Assembly: GCF_964355755.1 (NCBI RefSeq)
Contig: NC_092675.1
Span: forward strand, 24,400,912 to 24,464,911
DNA from: Antedon mediterranea
Taxonomy: Eukaryota > Animalia > Echinodermata
Direction: 5' to 3'
DNA: 64,000 nucleotides
A program made the position numbers and the translations under genes. A model generated the notes under the pieces. The model had not been told where the DNA came from. It did no database searches and saw only the letters and a program-made list of their open reading frames with translations. Numbering within the stretch: position 1 is the first letter of the stretch; each line of letters opens with the position of its first letter. Below are positions 15,001 through 28,100 of the stretch, in pieces.

Positions 15001-18000
15001 TAATTTCTATCAATTATGGAAGAATAACTTTAATTTGTTACCGAAACATATTATTTAAAACTTACGTTATGTTTTTAAAAATAACTGGTTCAAGACACTG
15101 GTCGTCAGCACAAGTTTGAATATGAACACAACCCATTACATACGGTGTAGTAAATGTTTCTGGTAATTGTGTTGTTTGTTCCCGACATTGGAGAATAAGA
15201 GCAACTTCGCTACAAGTTCCTACTTGACAATCACCGGTGGTTTCCAGAGTGACTGTTGCATTGGCAATTGATCCATCTTCACATAACGCAGAAACAGTAA
15301 TTGATTCACCGATCGTAGCAGCAACACATACAGTACCGTTAACATTAGTGGTATGCATTTCAATTATTCCTGATGACTTCTCCAACACGCTAAAACAAAA
15401 CAGGTAAACAAACAATAGTAAATTTAACAGAAAATAATATCATCAATGAACATACAGCCTCAATACTTAATTTCCATAAAATATGGGAGAATAACTCTGA
15501 TTTGTAACCAAACATATTATTTAAAACTTACGTTATGTTTGTAAAAATAACTGGTTCAAGACATTGGTCATCACCACAAGTTTGAATATGAACACAACCC
15601 ATTGCATACGGTGTAGTAAATGTTTCTGGTAATTGTGTTGTTTGTTCCCGACATTGGAGAATAAGAGCAACTTCGCTACAAGTTCCTACTTGACAATCAC
15701 CGGTGGTTTCCGGAGTGACTGTTGCATTGGCAGTTGATCCATCTTCACATAACGCAGAAACAGTAATTGATTCACCGACCGTAGCAGCAACACATACAGT
15801 ACCATTAACATTAGTGGTATGCAATTCAATTATTCCTGATGAATTCTCCAACACGCTAAAACAAAACAGGTAAACAAACAATAGTAAATTTAACAGAAAA
15901 TAATATCATCAATGAACATACAGCCTCAATACTTAATTTCCATAAAATATGGGAGAATAACTTTGGTTTGTAACCGAAACATATTATTTAAAACTTACGT
16001 TATGTTTGTAAAAATAACTGGTTCAAGACACTGGTCGTCAGCACAAGTTTGAATATGAACACAACCCATTGCATACGGTGTAGTAAATATTTCTGGTAAT
16101 TGTGTTGTTTGTTCCCGACATTGGAGAATAAGAGCAACTTCGCTACAAGTTCCTACTTGACAATCACCGGTGGTTTCCGGAGTGACTGTTGCATTGGCAA
16201 TTGATCCATCTTCACATAACGCAGAAACAGTAATTAATTCACCGATCGTAGCAGCAACACATACAGTACCGTTAACATTAGTGGTATGCATTTCAATTAT
16301 TCCTGATGACTTCTCCAACACGCTAAAACAAAACAGGTAAACAAACAATAGTAAATTTAACAGAAAATAATATCATCAATGAACATACAGCCTCAATACT
16401 TAATTTCCATAAAATATGGGAGAATAACTTTGGTTTGTAACCGAAACATATTATTTAAAACTTACGTTATGTTTGTAAAAATAACTGGTTCAAGACACTG
16501 GTCGTCAGCACAAGTTTGAATATGAACACAACCCATTGCATACGGTGTAGTAACAATTTCTGGTAATTGTGTTGTTTGTTCCCGACATTGGAGAATAAGA
16601 GCAACTTCGCTACAAGTTCCTACTTGACAATCACCGGTGGTTTCCGGAGTGACTGTTGCATTGGCAATTGATCCATCTTCACATAACGCAGAAACAGTAA
16701 TTGATTCACCGATCGTAGCAGCAACACATACAGTACCGTTAACATTAGTGGTATGCATTTCAATTATTCCTGATGACTTCTCCAACACGCTAAAACAAAA
16801 CAGGTAAACAAACAATAGTAAATTTAACAGAAAATAATATCATCAATGAACATACAGCCTCAATACTTAATTTCCATAAAATATGGGAGAATAACTCTGA
16901 TTTGTAACCGAAACATATTATTTAAAACTTACGTTATGTTTGTAAAAATAACTGGTTCAAGACATTGGTCATCACCACAAGTTTGAATATTAACACAACC
17001 CATTGCATACGGTGTAGTAAATGTTTCTGGTAATTGTGTTGTTTGTTCCCGACATTGGAGAATAACAGCAACTTCGCTACAAGTTCCTACTTGACAATCA
17101 CCGGTGGTTTCCAGAGTGACTGTTGCATTGGCAATTGATCCATCTTCACATAACGCAGAAACAGTAATTGATTCACCGATCGTAGCAGCAACACATACAG
17201 TACCGTTAACATTAGTGGTATGCATTTCAATTATTCCTGATGACTTCTCCCACACGCTAAAACAAAAGAGGTAAACAAACAATAGTAAATTTAACAGAAA
17301 ATAATATCATCAATGAACATACAGCCTCAATACTTAATTTCCATAAAATATGGGAGAATAACTCTGATTTGTAACCAAACATATTATTTAAAACTTACGT
17401 TATGTTTGTAAAAATAACTGGTTCAAGACATTGGTCATCACCACAAGTTTGAATATGAACACAACCCATTGCATACGGTGTAGTAAATGTTTCTGGTAAT
17501 TGTGTTGTTTGTTCCCGACATTGGAGAATAAGAGCAACTTCGCTACAAGTTCCTACTTGACAATCACCGGTGGTTTCCGGAGTGACTGTTGCATTGGCAA
17601 TTGATCCATCTTCACATAACGCAGAAACAGTAATTGATTCACCGACCGTAGCAGCAACACATATAGTACCGTTAACATTAGTGGTATGCATTTCAATTAT
17701 TCCTGATGACTTCTCCAACACGCTAAAACAAAACAGGTAAACAAACAATAGTAAATGTAATAGAAAATAATATCATCAATGAAAATAAGGCATCAATACT
17801 TAATTTCTATCAATTATGGAAGAATAACTTTGATTTGTTACCGAAACATATTATTTAAAACTTACGTTATGTTTGTAAAAATAACTGGTTCAAGACACTG
17901 GTCGTCAGCACAAGTTTGAATATGAACACAACCCATTACATACGGTGTAGTCAATTTTTCTGGTAATTGTGTTGTTTGTTCCCGACATTGGAGAATAAGA

Positions 18001-21000
18001 GCAACTTCGCTACAAGTTCCTAAAACACAATCACTGGTGGTCTCGGGAGTTACTGTGGCATTGGCAATTGATCCATCTTCACATAACGCAGAAACAATAA
18101 TTGATTCACCGACCGTAGCAGCAACACATACAGTACCGTTAACATTAGTGGTATGCATTTCAATTATTCCTGATGACTTCTCCAACACGCTAAAACAAAA
18201 CAGGTAAACAAACAATAGTAAATTTAACAGAAAATAATATCATCAATGAACATACAGCCTCAATACTTCATTTCCATAAAATATGGAAGAATAACTTTGG
18301 TTTGTAACAGAAACATATTATTAAAAACTAACGTTATGTTTGAAAAAATAACTGGTTCAAGACACTGGTCGTCAGCACAAGTTTGAATATGAACACAACC
18401 CATTGCATACGGTGTAGTAAATATTTCTGGTAATTGTGTTGTTTGTTCCCAACATTGGAGAATAAGAGCAACTTCGCTACAAGTTCCTACTTGACAATCA
18501 CCGGTGGTTTCCGGAGTGACTGTTGCATTGGCAGTTGATCCATCTTCACATAACGCAGAAACAGTAATTGATTCACCGACCGTAGCAGCAACACATACAG
18601 TACCATTAACATTAGTGGTATGCAATTCAATTATTCCTGATGAATTCTCCAACATGCTAAAACAAAACAGGTAAACAAACAATAGTAAATTTAACAGAAA
18701 ATAATATCATCAATGAACATACAGCCTCAATACTTAATTTCCATAAAATATGGGAGAATAACTTTGGTTTGTAACCGAAACATATTATTTAAAACTTACG
18801 CTATGTTTGTAAAAATAACTGGTTCAAGACACTGGTCGTCAGCACAAGTTTGAATATGAACACAACCCATTGCATACGGTGTAGTAAATATTTCTGGTAA
18901 TTGTGTTGTTTTTTCCCGACATTGGAGAATAAGAGCAACTTCGCTACAAGTTCCTACTTGACAATCACCGGTGGTTTCCGGAGTGACTGTTGCATTGGCA
19001 ATTGATCCATCTTCACATAACGCAGAAACAGTAATTAATTCACCGATCGTAGCAGCAACACATACAGTACCGTTAACATTAGTGGTATGCATTTCAATTA
19101 TTCCTGATGACTTCTCCAACACGCTAAAACAAAACAGGTAAACAAACAATAGTAAATTTAACAGAAAATAATATCATCAATGAACATACAGCCTCAATAC
19201 TTAATTTCCATAAAATATGGGAGAATAACTTTGGTTTGTAACCGAAACATATTATTTAAAACTTACGTTATGTTTGTAAAAATAACTGGTTCAAGACACT
19301 GGTCGTCAGCACAAGTTTGAATATGAACACAACCCATTGCATACGGTGTAGTAAATATTTCTGGTAATTGTGTTGTTTGTTCCCGACATTGGAGAATAAG
19401 AGCAACTTCGCTACAAGTTCCTACTTGACAATCACCGGTGGTTTCCGGAGTGACTGTTGCATTGGCAATTGATCCATCTTCACATAACGCAGAAACAGTA
19501 ATTGATTCACCGATCGTAGCAGCAACACATACAGTACCGTTAACATTAGTGGTATGCATTTCAATTATTCCTGATGACTTCTCCAACACGCTAAAACAAA
19601 ACAGGTAAACAAACAATAGTAAATTTAACAGAAAATAATATCATCAATGAACATACAGCCTCAATACTTAATTTCCATAAAATATGGGAGAATAACTCTG
19701 ATTTGTAACCAAACATATTATTTAAAACTTACGTTATGTTTGTAAAAATAACTGGTTCAAGACATTGGTCGTCAACACAAGTTTGAATATGAACACAACC
19801 CATTGCATACGGTGTAGTAAATGTTTCTGGTAATTGTGTTGTTTGTTCCCGACATTGGAGAATAAGAGCAACTTCGCTACAAGTTCCTACTTGACAATCA
19901 CCGGTGGTTTCCGGAGTGACTGTTGCATTGGCAATTGATCCATCTTCACATAACGCAGAAACAGTAATTGATTCACCGACCGTAGCAGCAACACATACAG
20001 TACCGTTAACATTAGTGGTATGCATTTCAATTATTCCTGATGACTTCTCCAACACGCTAAAACAAAACAGGTAAACAAACAATAGTAAATGTAATAGAAA
20101 ATAATATCATCAATGAAAATACGGCATCAATACTTAATTTCTATCAATTATGGAAGAATAACTTTGATTTGTTACCGAAACATATTATTTAAAACTTACG
20201 TTATGTTTGTAAAAATAACTGGTTCAAGACACTGGTCGTCAGCACAAGTTTGAATATGAACACAACCCATTACATACGGTGTAGTAAATATTTCTGGTAA
20301 TTGTGTTGTTTGTTCCCGACATTGGAGAATAAGAGCAACTTCGCTACAAGTTCCTAAAACACAATCACTGGTGGTCTCGGGAGTTACTGTTGCATTGGCA
20401 ATTGATCCATCTTCACATAACGCAGAAACAATAATTGATTCACCGACCGTAGCAGCAACACATACAGTACCGTTAACATTAGTGGTATGCATTTCAATTA
20501 TTCCTGATGACTTCTCCAACACGCTAAAACAAAACCGGTAAACAAACAATAGTAAATTTAACAGAAAATAATATCATCAATGAACATACAACCTCAATAC
20601 TTAATTTCCATAAAATATGGGAGAATAACTTTGATTTGTAACCAAACATAGTATTTAAAACTTACGTTATGTTTGTAAAAATAACTGGTTCAAGACATTG
20701 GTCATCACCACAAGTTTGAATATGAACACATCCCATTGCATACGGTGTAGTAAATGATTCTGGTAATTGTGTTGTTTCTTCCCGACATTGGAGAATAAGA
20801 GCAACTTCGCTACAAGTTCCTACAACACAATCACCGATGGTTTCCGGAATGACTGTTGCATTAGCAATTGAGCCATCCTCACATAACGCAGAAATAGTAA
20901 TTGATTCACCGACCGTAGCAGCAACACATACAGTACCGTTAACATTAGTGGTATGCATTTCAATTATTCCTGATGACTTCTCCAACACGCTAAAACAAAA

Positions 21001-24000
21001 CAGGTAAACAAACAATAGTAAATTTAACAGAAAATAATATCATCAATGAACATACAGCCTCAATACTTCATTTCCATGAAATATGGAAGAATAACTTTGG
21101 TTTGTAACCGAAACATATTATTTAAAACTTACGTTATGTTTGAAAAAATAACTGGTTCAAGACACTGGTCGTCAGCACAAGTTTGAATATGAACACAACC
21201 CATTGCATACGGTGTAGTAAATGATTCTGGTAATTGTGTTGTTTGTTCCCGACATTGGAGAATAAGAGCAACTTCGCTACAAGTTCCTACCACACAATCA
21301 CCGGTGGTTTCCGGAATGACTGTTGCATTAGCAATTGAGCCATCCTCACATAACGCAGAAATAGTAATTGATTCACCGACCGTAGCAGCAACACATACAG
21401 TACCGTTAACATTAGTGGTATGCATTTCAATTATTCCTGATGACATCTCCAACACGCTAAAACAAAACAGGTAAACAAACAATAGTAAATGTAATAGAAA
21501 ATAATATAATCAATGAACATACAGCCTCAATACTTAATTTCCATAAAATATGGGAGAATAACTTTGATTTGTAACCAAACATATTATTTAAAACTTACGT
21601 TATGTTTTTAAAAATAACTGGTTCAAGACATTGGTCATCACCACAAGTTTGAATATGAACACATCCCATTGCATACGGTGTAGTAAATGATTCTGGTAAT
21701 TGTGTTGTTTGTTCCCGACATTGGAGAATAAGAGCAACTTCGCTACAAGTTCCTACCACACAATCACCGGTGGTTTCCGGAATGACTGTTGCATTAGCAA
21801 TTGATCCATCCTCACATAACGCAGAAACAGTAATTGATTCACCGACCGTAGCAGCAACACATACAGTACCGTTAACATTAGTGGTGTGCATTTCAATTAT
21901 TCCTGATGACATCTCCAACACGCTAAAACAAAACAGGTAAACAAACAATAGTATATGTAATAGAAAATAATATCATCAATGAAAATACGGCATCAATACT
22001 TAATTTCTATCAATTATGGAAGAATAACTTTAATTTGTTACCGAAACATATTATTTAAAACTTACGTTATGTTTTTAAAAATAACTGGTTCAAGACACTG
22101 GTCGTCAGCACAAGTTTGAATATGAACACAACCCATTGCATACGGTGTAGTAAACGTTTCTGGTAATTGTGTTGTTTGTTCCCGACATTGGAGAATAAGA
22201 GCAACTTCGCTACAAGTTCCTACTTGACAATCACCGGTGGTTTCCGGAGTGACTGTTGCATTGGCAATTGATCCATCTTCACATAACGCAGAAACAGTAA
22301 TTGATTCACCGACCGTAGCAGCAACACATACAGTACCGTTAACATTAGTGGTATGCATTTCAATTATTCCTGATGACTTCTCCAACACGCTAAAACAAAA
22401 CAGGTAAACAAACAATAGTAAATTTAACAGAAAATAATATCATCAATGAACATACAGCCTCAATACTTAATTTCCATAAAATATGGGAGAATAACTTTGA
22501 TTAGTAACCGAACATATTATTTAAAACTTACGTTATGTTTGTAAAAATAACTGGTTCAAGACACTGGTCGTCAGCACAAGTTTGAATATGAACACAACCC
22601 ATTGCATACGGAGTAGTAAATGTTTCTGGTAATTGTGTTGTTTGTTCCCGACATTGGAGAATAAGAGCAACTTCGCTACAAGTTCCTACAACACAATCAC
22701 CGGTGGTTTCCGGAGTGAGTGTTGCATTGGCAATTGATCCATCTTCACATAACGCAGAAACAGTTAGAGATTCACCGACCGTAGCAGCAACACATACTGT
22801 ACTGTTTTCATTAGTGGTGTACTTTTCAATTCTACCTGATGAAATCTCCAGCACACTAAAATATAGGTTACAAAATAAACATTTTTAATTGCATTTTTTT
22901 CAAATACAACTCCATTATTATAAATATACAATAGTGAGAAAGAGTAATCTTTTTTTTTTATTAATAATTCGATTATTTGAAACTTACCTTATGTTTCTGA
23001 ACATAACTGGTTCAAGGCATTTTTCGTCACCACAAGTTTTTATACGAACACAACCCATTTCATATGGTGTAGTAAATGATTCTGGTAATTGTGTTGTTTG
23101 TACACGACATTGCAGGATAAGAGCAACACTGCTACAAGTTCCTACTTGACAATTACCAGTGCTTTCCGGAGTTACTGTTGCATTTGCCATTGATCCATCT
23201 TCACATAACGCAGAAACAGTTACGGATTCACCGACCGTAGCAGCAACACATACTGTACCATTTTCATTAGTGGTGTACTTTTCAATTCTACCTGATGAAA
23301 TGTCCAGCACACTAAAAAATAGGTTACAAAATAAACATTTTTAATTGCATTTTTTTCAAATACAACTTCATTATTATAAATATACAATAGTGAGAAAGAG
23401 TAATCTTTTTTTTAATTAATAATTCGATTATTTGAAACTTACCTTATGTTTCTGAACATAACTGGCTCAAGGCACTTTTCGTCACCACAAGTTTTTATAC
23501 GAACACAACCCATTTCATATGGTGTAGTAAATGATTCTGGTAATTGTGTTGTTTGTAAACGACATTGGAGGATAAGAGCAACACTGCTACAAGTTCCTAC
23601 TTGACAATCACCAGTGCTTTCCGGAGTTACAGTTGCATTTGCCACTGATCCATCTTCACATAACGCAAAAACAGTTACGGATTCACCGACCGTAGCAGCA
23701 ACACATACTGTACCGTTTTCATTACTAGTGTACTTTTCAATTCTACCTGATGAAATCTCCAGCACACTAAAATATAGGTTACAAAATAAACATTTTTAAT
23801 TGCATTTTCTTAAATACAACTCCATTATTATAAATATACAATATTGAGAAAGAGTAAATTTTTTTTTAATTAATAATTCGATTATTTGAAACTTACCTTA
23901 TGTTTCTGAACATAACTAGCTCAAGGCACTTTTCGTCACCACAAGTTTTTATACGAACACAACCCATTTCATATGGTGTAGTAAATGATTGTGGTAATTG

Positions 24001-25122
24001 TGTGGTTTGTACCCGACATTGGAGGATAAGAGCAACACTGCTACAAGTTCCTACTTGACAATCACCAGTGCTTTCTGGAGTTATAGTTGCATTTGCCATT
24101 GATCTATCTTCACATAACGCAGAAACAGTTAGAGATTCACCGACAGTAGCAGCAACACATACTGTACCGTTTTCATTAGTGGTGTATTTTTCGATTCTAC
24201 CTGATGAATTTTCCAGCACACTAAATATAGGTAACAAAATAAACATTTTTAATTGCATTTTTTTCAAATACAACTCTATTATTATAAATATATAATAATA
24301 AGAGTAAAAATTGTTTTATTAATAATTCGATTATTTGAAACTTACCTTATGTTTCTGAACATAACTGGTTCAAGGCATTTTTCGTCACCACAAGTTTTTA
24401 TACGAACACAACCCATTGCATACGGTGTAGTAAATGATTCTGGTAATTGTGTTGTTTGTACACGACATTGGAGGATAAGAGCAACACTGCTACAAGTTCC
24501 TACTTGACAATCACCAGTGCTTTCCGGAGTTACAGTTGCATTTGCCATTGATCCATCTTCACATAACGCAGAAACAGTTACGGATTCATCGACCGTAGCA
24601 GCAACACATACTGTACCGTTTTCATTAGTGGTGTACTTTTGAATTCTACCTGATGAAATCTCCAGTACACTGAAATGTAGGTTACAGAATAATCACTTTT
24701 AATAGCATTTTTTCAAATACAACTCCATTATTATAAATATATAATAGTGAGAAAGAGTAATTTTTTTTTAATTAATAATTCGATTATTTTAAACTTACCT
24801 TATGTTTCTGAACATAACTGGTTCAAGGCACTTTTCGTCACCACAAGTTTTTATACGAACACAACCCATTTCATATGGTGTAGTAAATGATTCTGGTAAT
24901 TGTGTTGTTTGTACACGACATTGGAGGATAAGAGCAACACTGCTACAAGTTCCTACTTGACAATTACCAGTGCTTTCCGGAGTTACAGTTGCATTTGCCA
25001 TTGATCCATCTTCACATAACGCAGAAACAGTTACGGATTCACCGACCGTAGCAGCAACACATACAGTACCGTTATCATTAGTGGTGTACATTTCAATTTT
25101 TCCAGATGAAATATCCAGCACA
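1..25122 (-). repeat. Tandem exon-plus-intron array, unit about 466 bp (about 450-456 bp at the right end), 54 complete units plus the start of a 55th at positions 1-2
   Basis: Each unit has an acceptor such as ttttgttttag|CGTGTTGGAG (AG at 470-471, exon 469-146) and a donor AAC ATA AC|GTAAGT (plus strand 'acttac', 140-145). Each exon encodes 8 invariant Cys and usually the sequons NGT, NAT and NI(T/S). Confidence 0.95.
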
Positions 25123-28100
25123 CTAACACAGGTTAAATAACAAGAATATTTGTATTGTACATTGTTTAAACAATAAGTCTATCTTGATTATATTATTCTA
25201 ATGAAATCTCCAACAAACTAAACAGAACTTGTAACACATTATTAAAGTATTAAAACGTAAAACAATCTAATCTGCATAGTATTTAATGTGCAATGAAATT
25301 TAGTTGTTCTGTCGAAAACCAAAAATTGTTATGAGAAACTCTCCACATGTTAAATGTGTAATGGTGGTGATTGCGCTAAAACTAATAATGGGTGTATTAA
25401 ACTTACTTGACATCGTAATCGGGGACATAAGTTAGACATTTGTCATCACTACAAGTCATTATACGAACACACCCCGATTGGGTACAGTTAAATTCATCAC
25501 TTCCGTCACTACAGTCCATTTTTCCATTACATAATGTATCATATCCAATACATTCACCACTTCCACACATAAAACCATTACATGTAAGACATTTCATAAG
25601 AAAAAGAGCTTTAGAACATTCTGCATCTTGGTTGGTTGTATTCAATTGTATAGTAATGGTTTCATTATTGATGGTGCAACGGGTTGTCACATTTACTTCA
25701 GAGTTTGTCTTGACAGTGAAAACTACTTTTCCACTCGCATCAGTGAAATTTGAGTATCCATATGAATAACTATGTCCGACAATTCTGGAGAAAAAAAAAA
25801 CAACCGAAAATTAATTATGGTTATATGTCTGCTGGATATATGGCTATGACAAAACGTTCGAACCTATGACTATGGCAACAATGTGAAAAAAAGAAATACA
25901 CAGTCTTAGTATATGACCGGCATTGAATCATCCAACTAACTTTTAATCATGTGTGTATGGTTATTTTTATTCCATTGACATTAATATAAAGAAGCCGATA
26001 CAAGAGGTGGTTTATTTTATAGATAGGGTTCTTTTTAGTCAAATATAATTGTAGTTTACGTCTATAATATTACTGTTGAATGCGTATAAAAAACAAAATG
26101 GTAAATTTTATACGGCGGACACTGCAGGTTGACAGGTTGCTCGAATGTGATCAGTCAAAGCCTCATATCGCGCATGTGGTTTCTCACTGTTTAACAAAAC
26201 TAAACGCCCAAACCGAAATTGCAGTATTCGCATATAAAGACATTGCACACTCAATAACGTAATAATATTTCACTAAAACATTGATTGAATATTATAACCT
26301 ACAATCCTCAAAGACAAAAACCTACTTAGGTATGTTAATTACAATCATAATAAATACTTACTCAACGTAATGGTCAGGAACAGGTTGCGTACAATCATAA
26401 TCTAAACACACAGATACATTAAGACAAGTTTGCTCATCAGAAACAATTCCTCCCTGCCACAGTGACAAATGTGGGAGTGATGCTACCCAGTACAGCTCAC
26501 CAGAAAACACCTCAATATGTCCATAGTCTTGTGGTTTCCATGCACCTAATATGTATTACAGTAAAACCTGTTTTAGTGTACTATAATTTGTTGTTTATTT
26601 ATTGTTCTTTGTATGTTTCATTACATGACAATAAAATGACAATATAATTTACTCTGAATCTTCATTATCATAAATAATAAGTGTTGTTAGTTTATCAATA
26701 ATAGGATAATAAAATGTTAAATATTTTTCCCCCCTGTACACTAAATTTCAGCTTAATATTTAATTTAACAAAGTAAAAAACACACATAATGACAAGTCCT
26801 TTTTTGTTATGTTAAAATACCTTTTCCACTTTAGCGAATGACAATATATTATCAAGTCGGCGCTGGATGAGGTCGTGCAGTATATTGAGTTACTGTGTTT
26901 AGTGTATCTAAGACTATATATAAATTTACGTAAAGGCAAAATTCGGTAAATCGCGTGTTATTTCTAAAATATTTACTCGATGGTATATAAAGTTGGTTAG
27001 AATCTCGGTACTGATTTTAACCACCTGATTTAACCCTTTTTACTAATTAAATTTAGTTAGATAATTAGTTATTGACAATTAAAACGAATTTAGGTTCAAC
27101 GATTTGCCCCCAATAGGGGTGTTTTCTGATCGTGGTATACACTGTCTAATGGATATCCTCATGAAAAAATACCTGCACACAATAATACGAGGATACTTCG
27201 CATTTTCCTATCTCCTCCTACGATAATTGTTTTCAATAGCTGAAAACCGGTTGAACAGCTCGAGTACAGTATCATAATGTTGAAGACAGACCGAGAATCT
27301 CGGTACTGATTTTAACCTGATGTAACCCTGTTTACTAATTCAATTTAGTTAGATAATAAGTTATTGACAATTAAACGAATTTAGGTTCAACGATTTGAAC
27401 AGCTCGAGTACAGTATCATAATGTTGAAGACAGGCCGATTTTCTTTAAAAAATAATATTTTGATAGATTTAATATACGTTTATACAAATGTATTGATTTG
27501 CAATGAATGGAACATTCCCAATTATTTGGTTTAACCATGCTTGCATACATCCATAGTTTAACACAAGTAAGTAAATTTATGGGCCCTTGGAGAATAAACA
27601 TAAACAGTATTGTAATGCTATACAATACTATAGGTATTAACCACGTTTGATCATCATAGTCATATATACTTTATTGTCCATTTAAAAAACAGAAATGTGA
27701 TTTGAAAACTGGCAAAATACAAAAATATAAAATACAATTTACAAAAACACACACAAAAAGTTAAGAGGCTAAAAATTGTTAAAATTAGATAAAAATTATT
27801 ATTATTTAATTATATTATATGATTTATTATTATATTGAACTAACGATGATTTAAAGTTTATATAAAAGCATTAAAACTATAAAAATAAACAAAAGCGGTT
27901 ACATTTTACCTTTGTACTCTGGAGTTATATAAGTGTATAGCATTAGGTACAAACGAGCACCTAAACCGTTTTGTTTTGGTATTAAGTGCACGTAGTCTTA
28001 TCGCCATTTAAATCGCATTTAATTTCTTATTGTGTGTGTTTGTACCGCTAGATATAATATAAACAAATATACTAATAAACTTTATTACTGTGAGTGTGGG

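Noticed and set aside
142-22415. About 48 independent 117-aa secreted proteins with signal peptide MFVYLFCFS
   Set aside because: The 'start' is a non-ATG codon (ATT or CTT-region call by the ORF finder). The hydrophobic leader is the intron polypyrimidine tract, the stop is the TAA inside the GTAAGT donor, and no room remains for promoters or UTRs.
5909-24507. Short plus-strand and alternate-frame ORFs within the array
   Set aside because: Antisense or shifted-frame shadows of the repeated exon, with no independent coding evidence.
1-25122. CRISPR array, integron cassette array or non-coding satellite
   Set aside because: No unique spacers, cas genes, integrase or attC sites; eukaryotic context; reading frame and splice sites are preserved in every unit.
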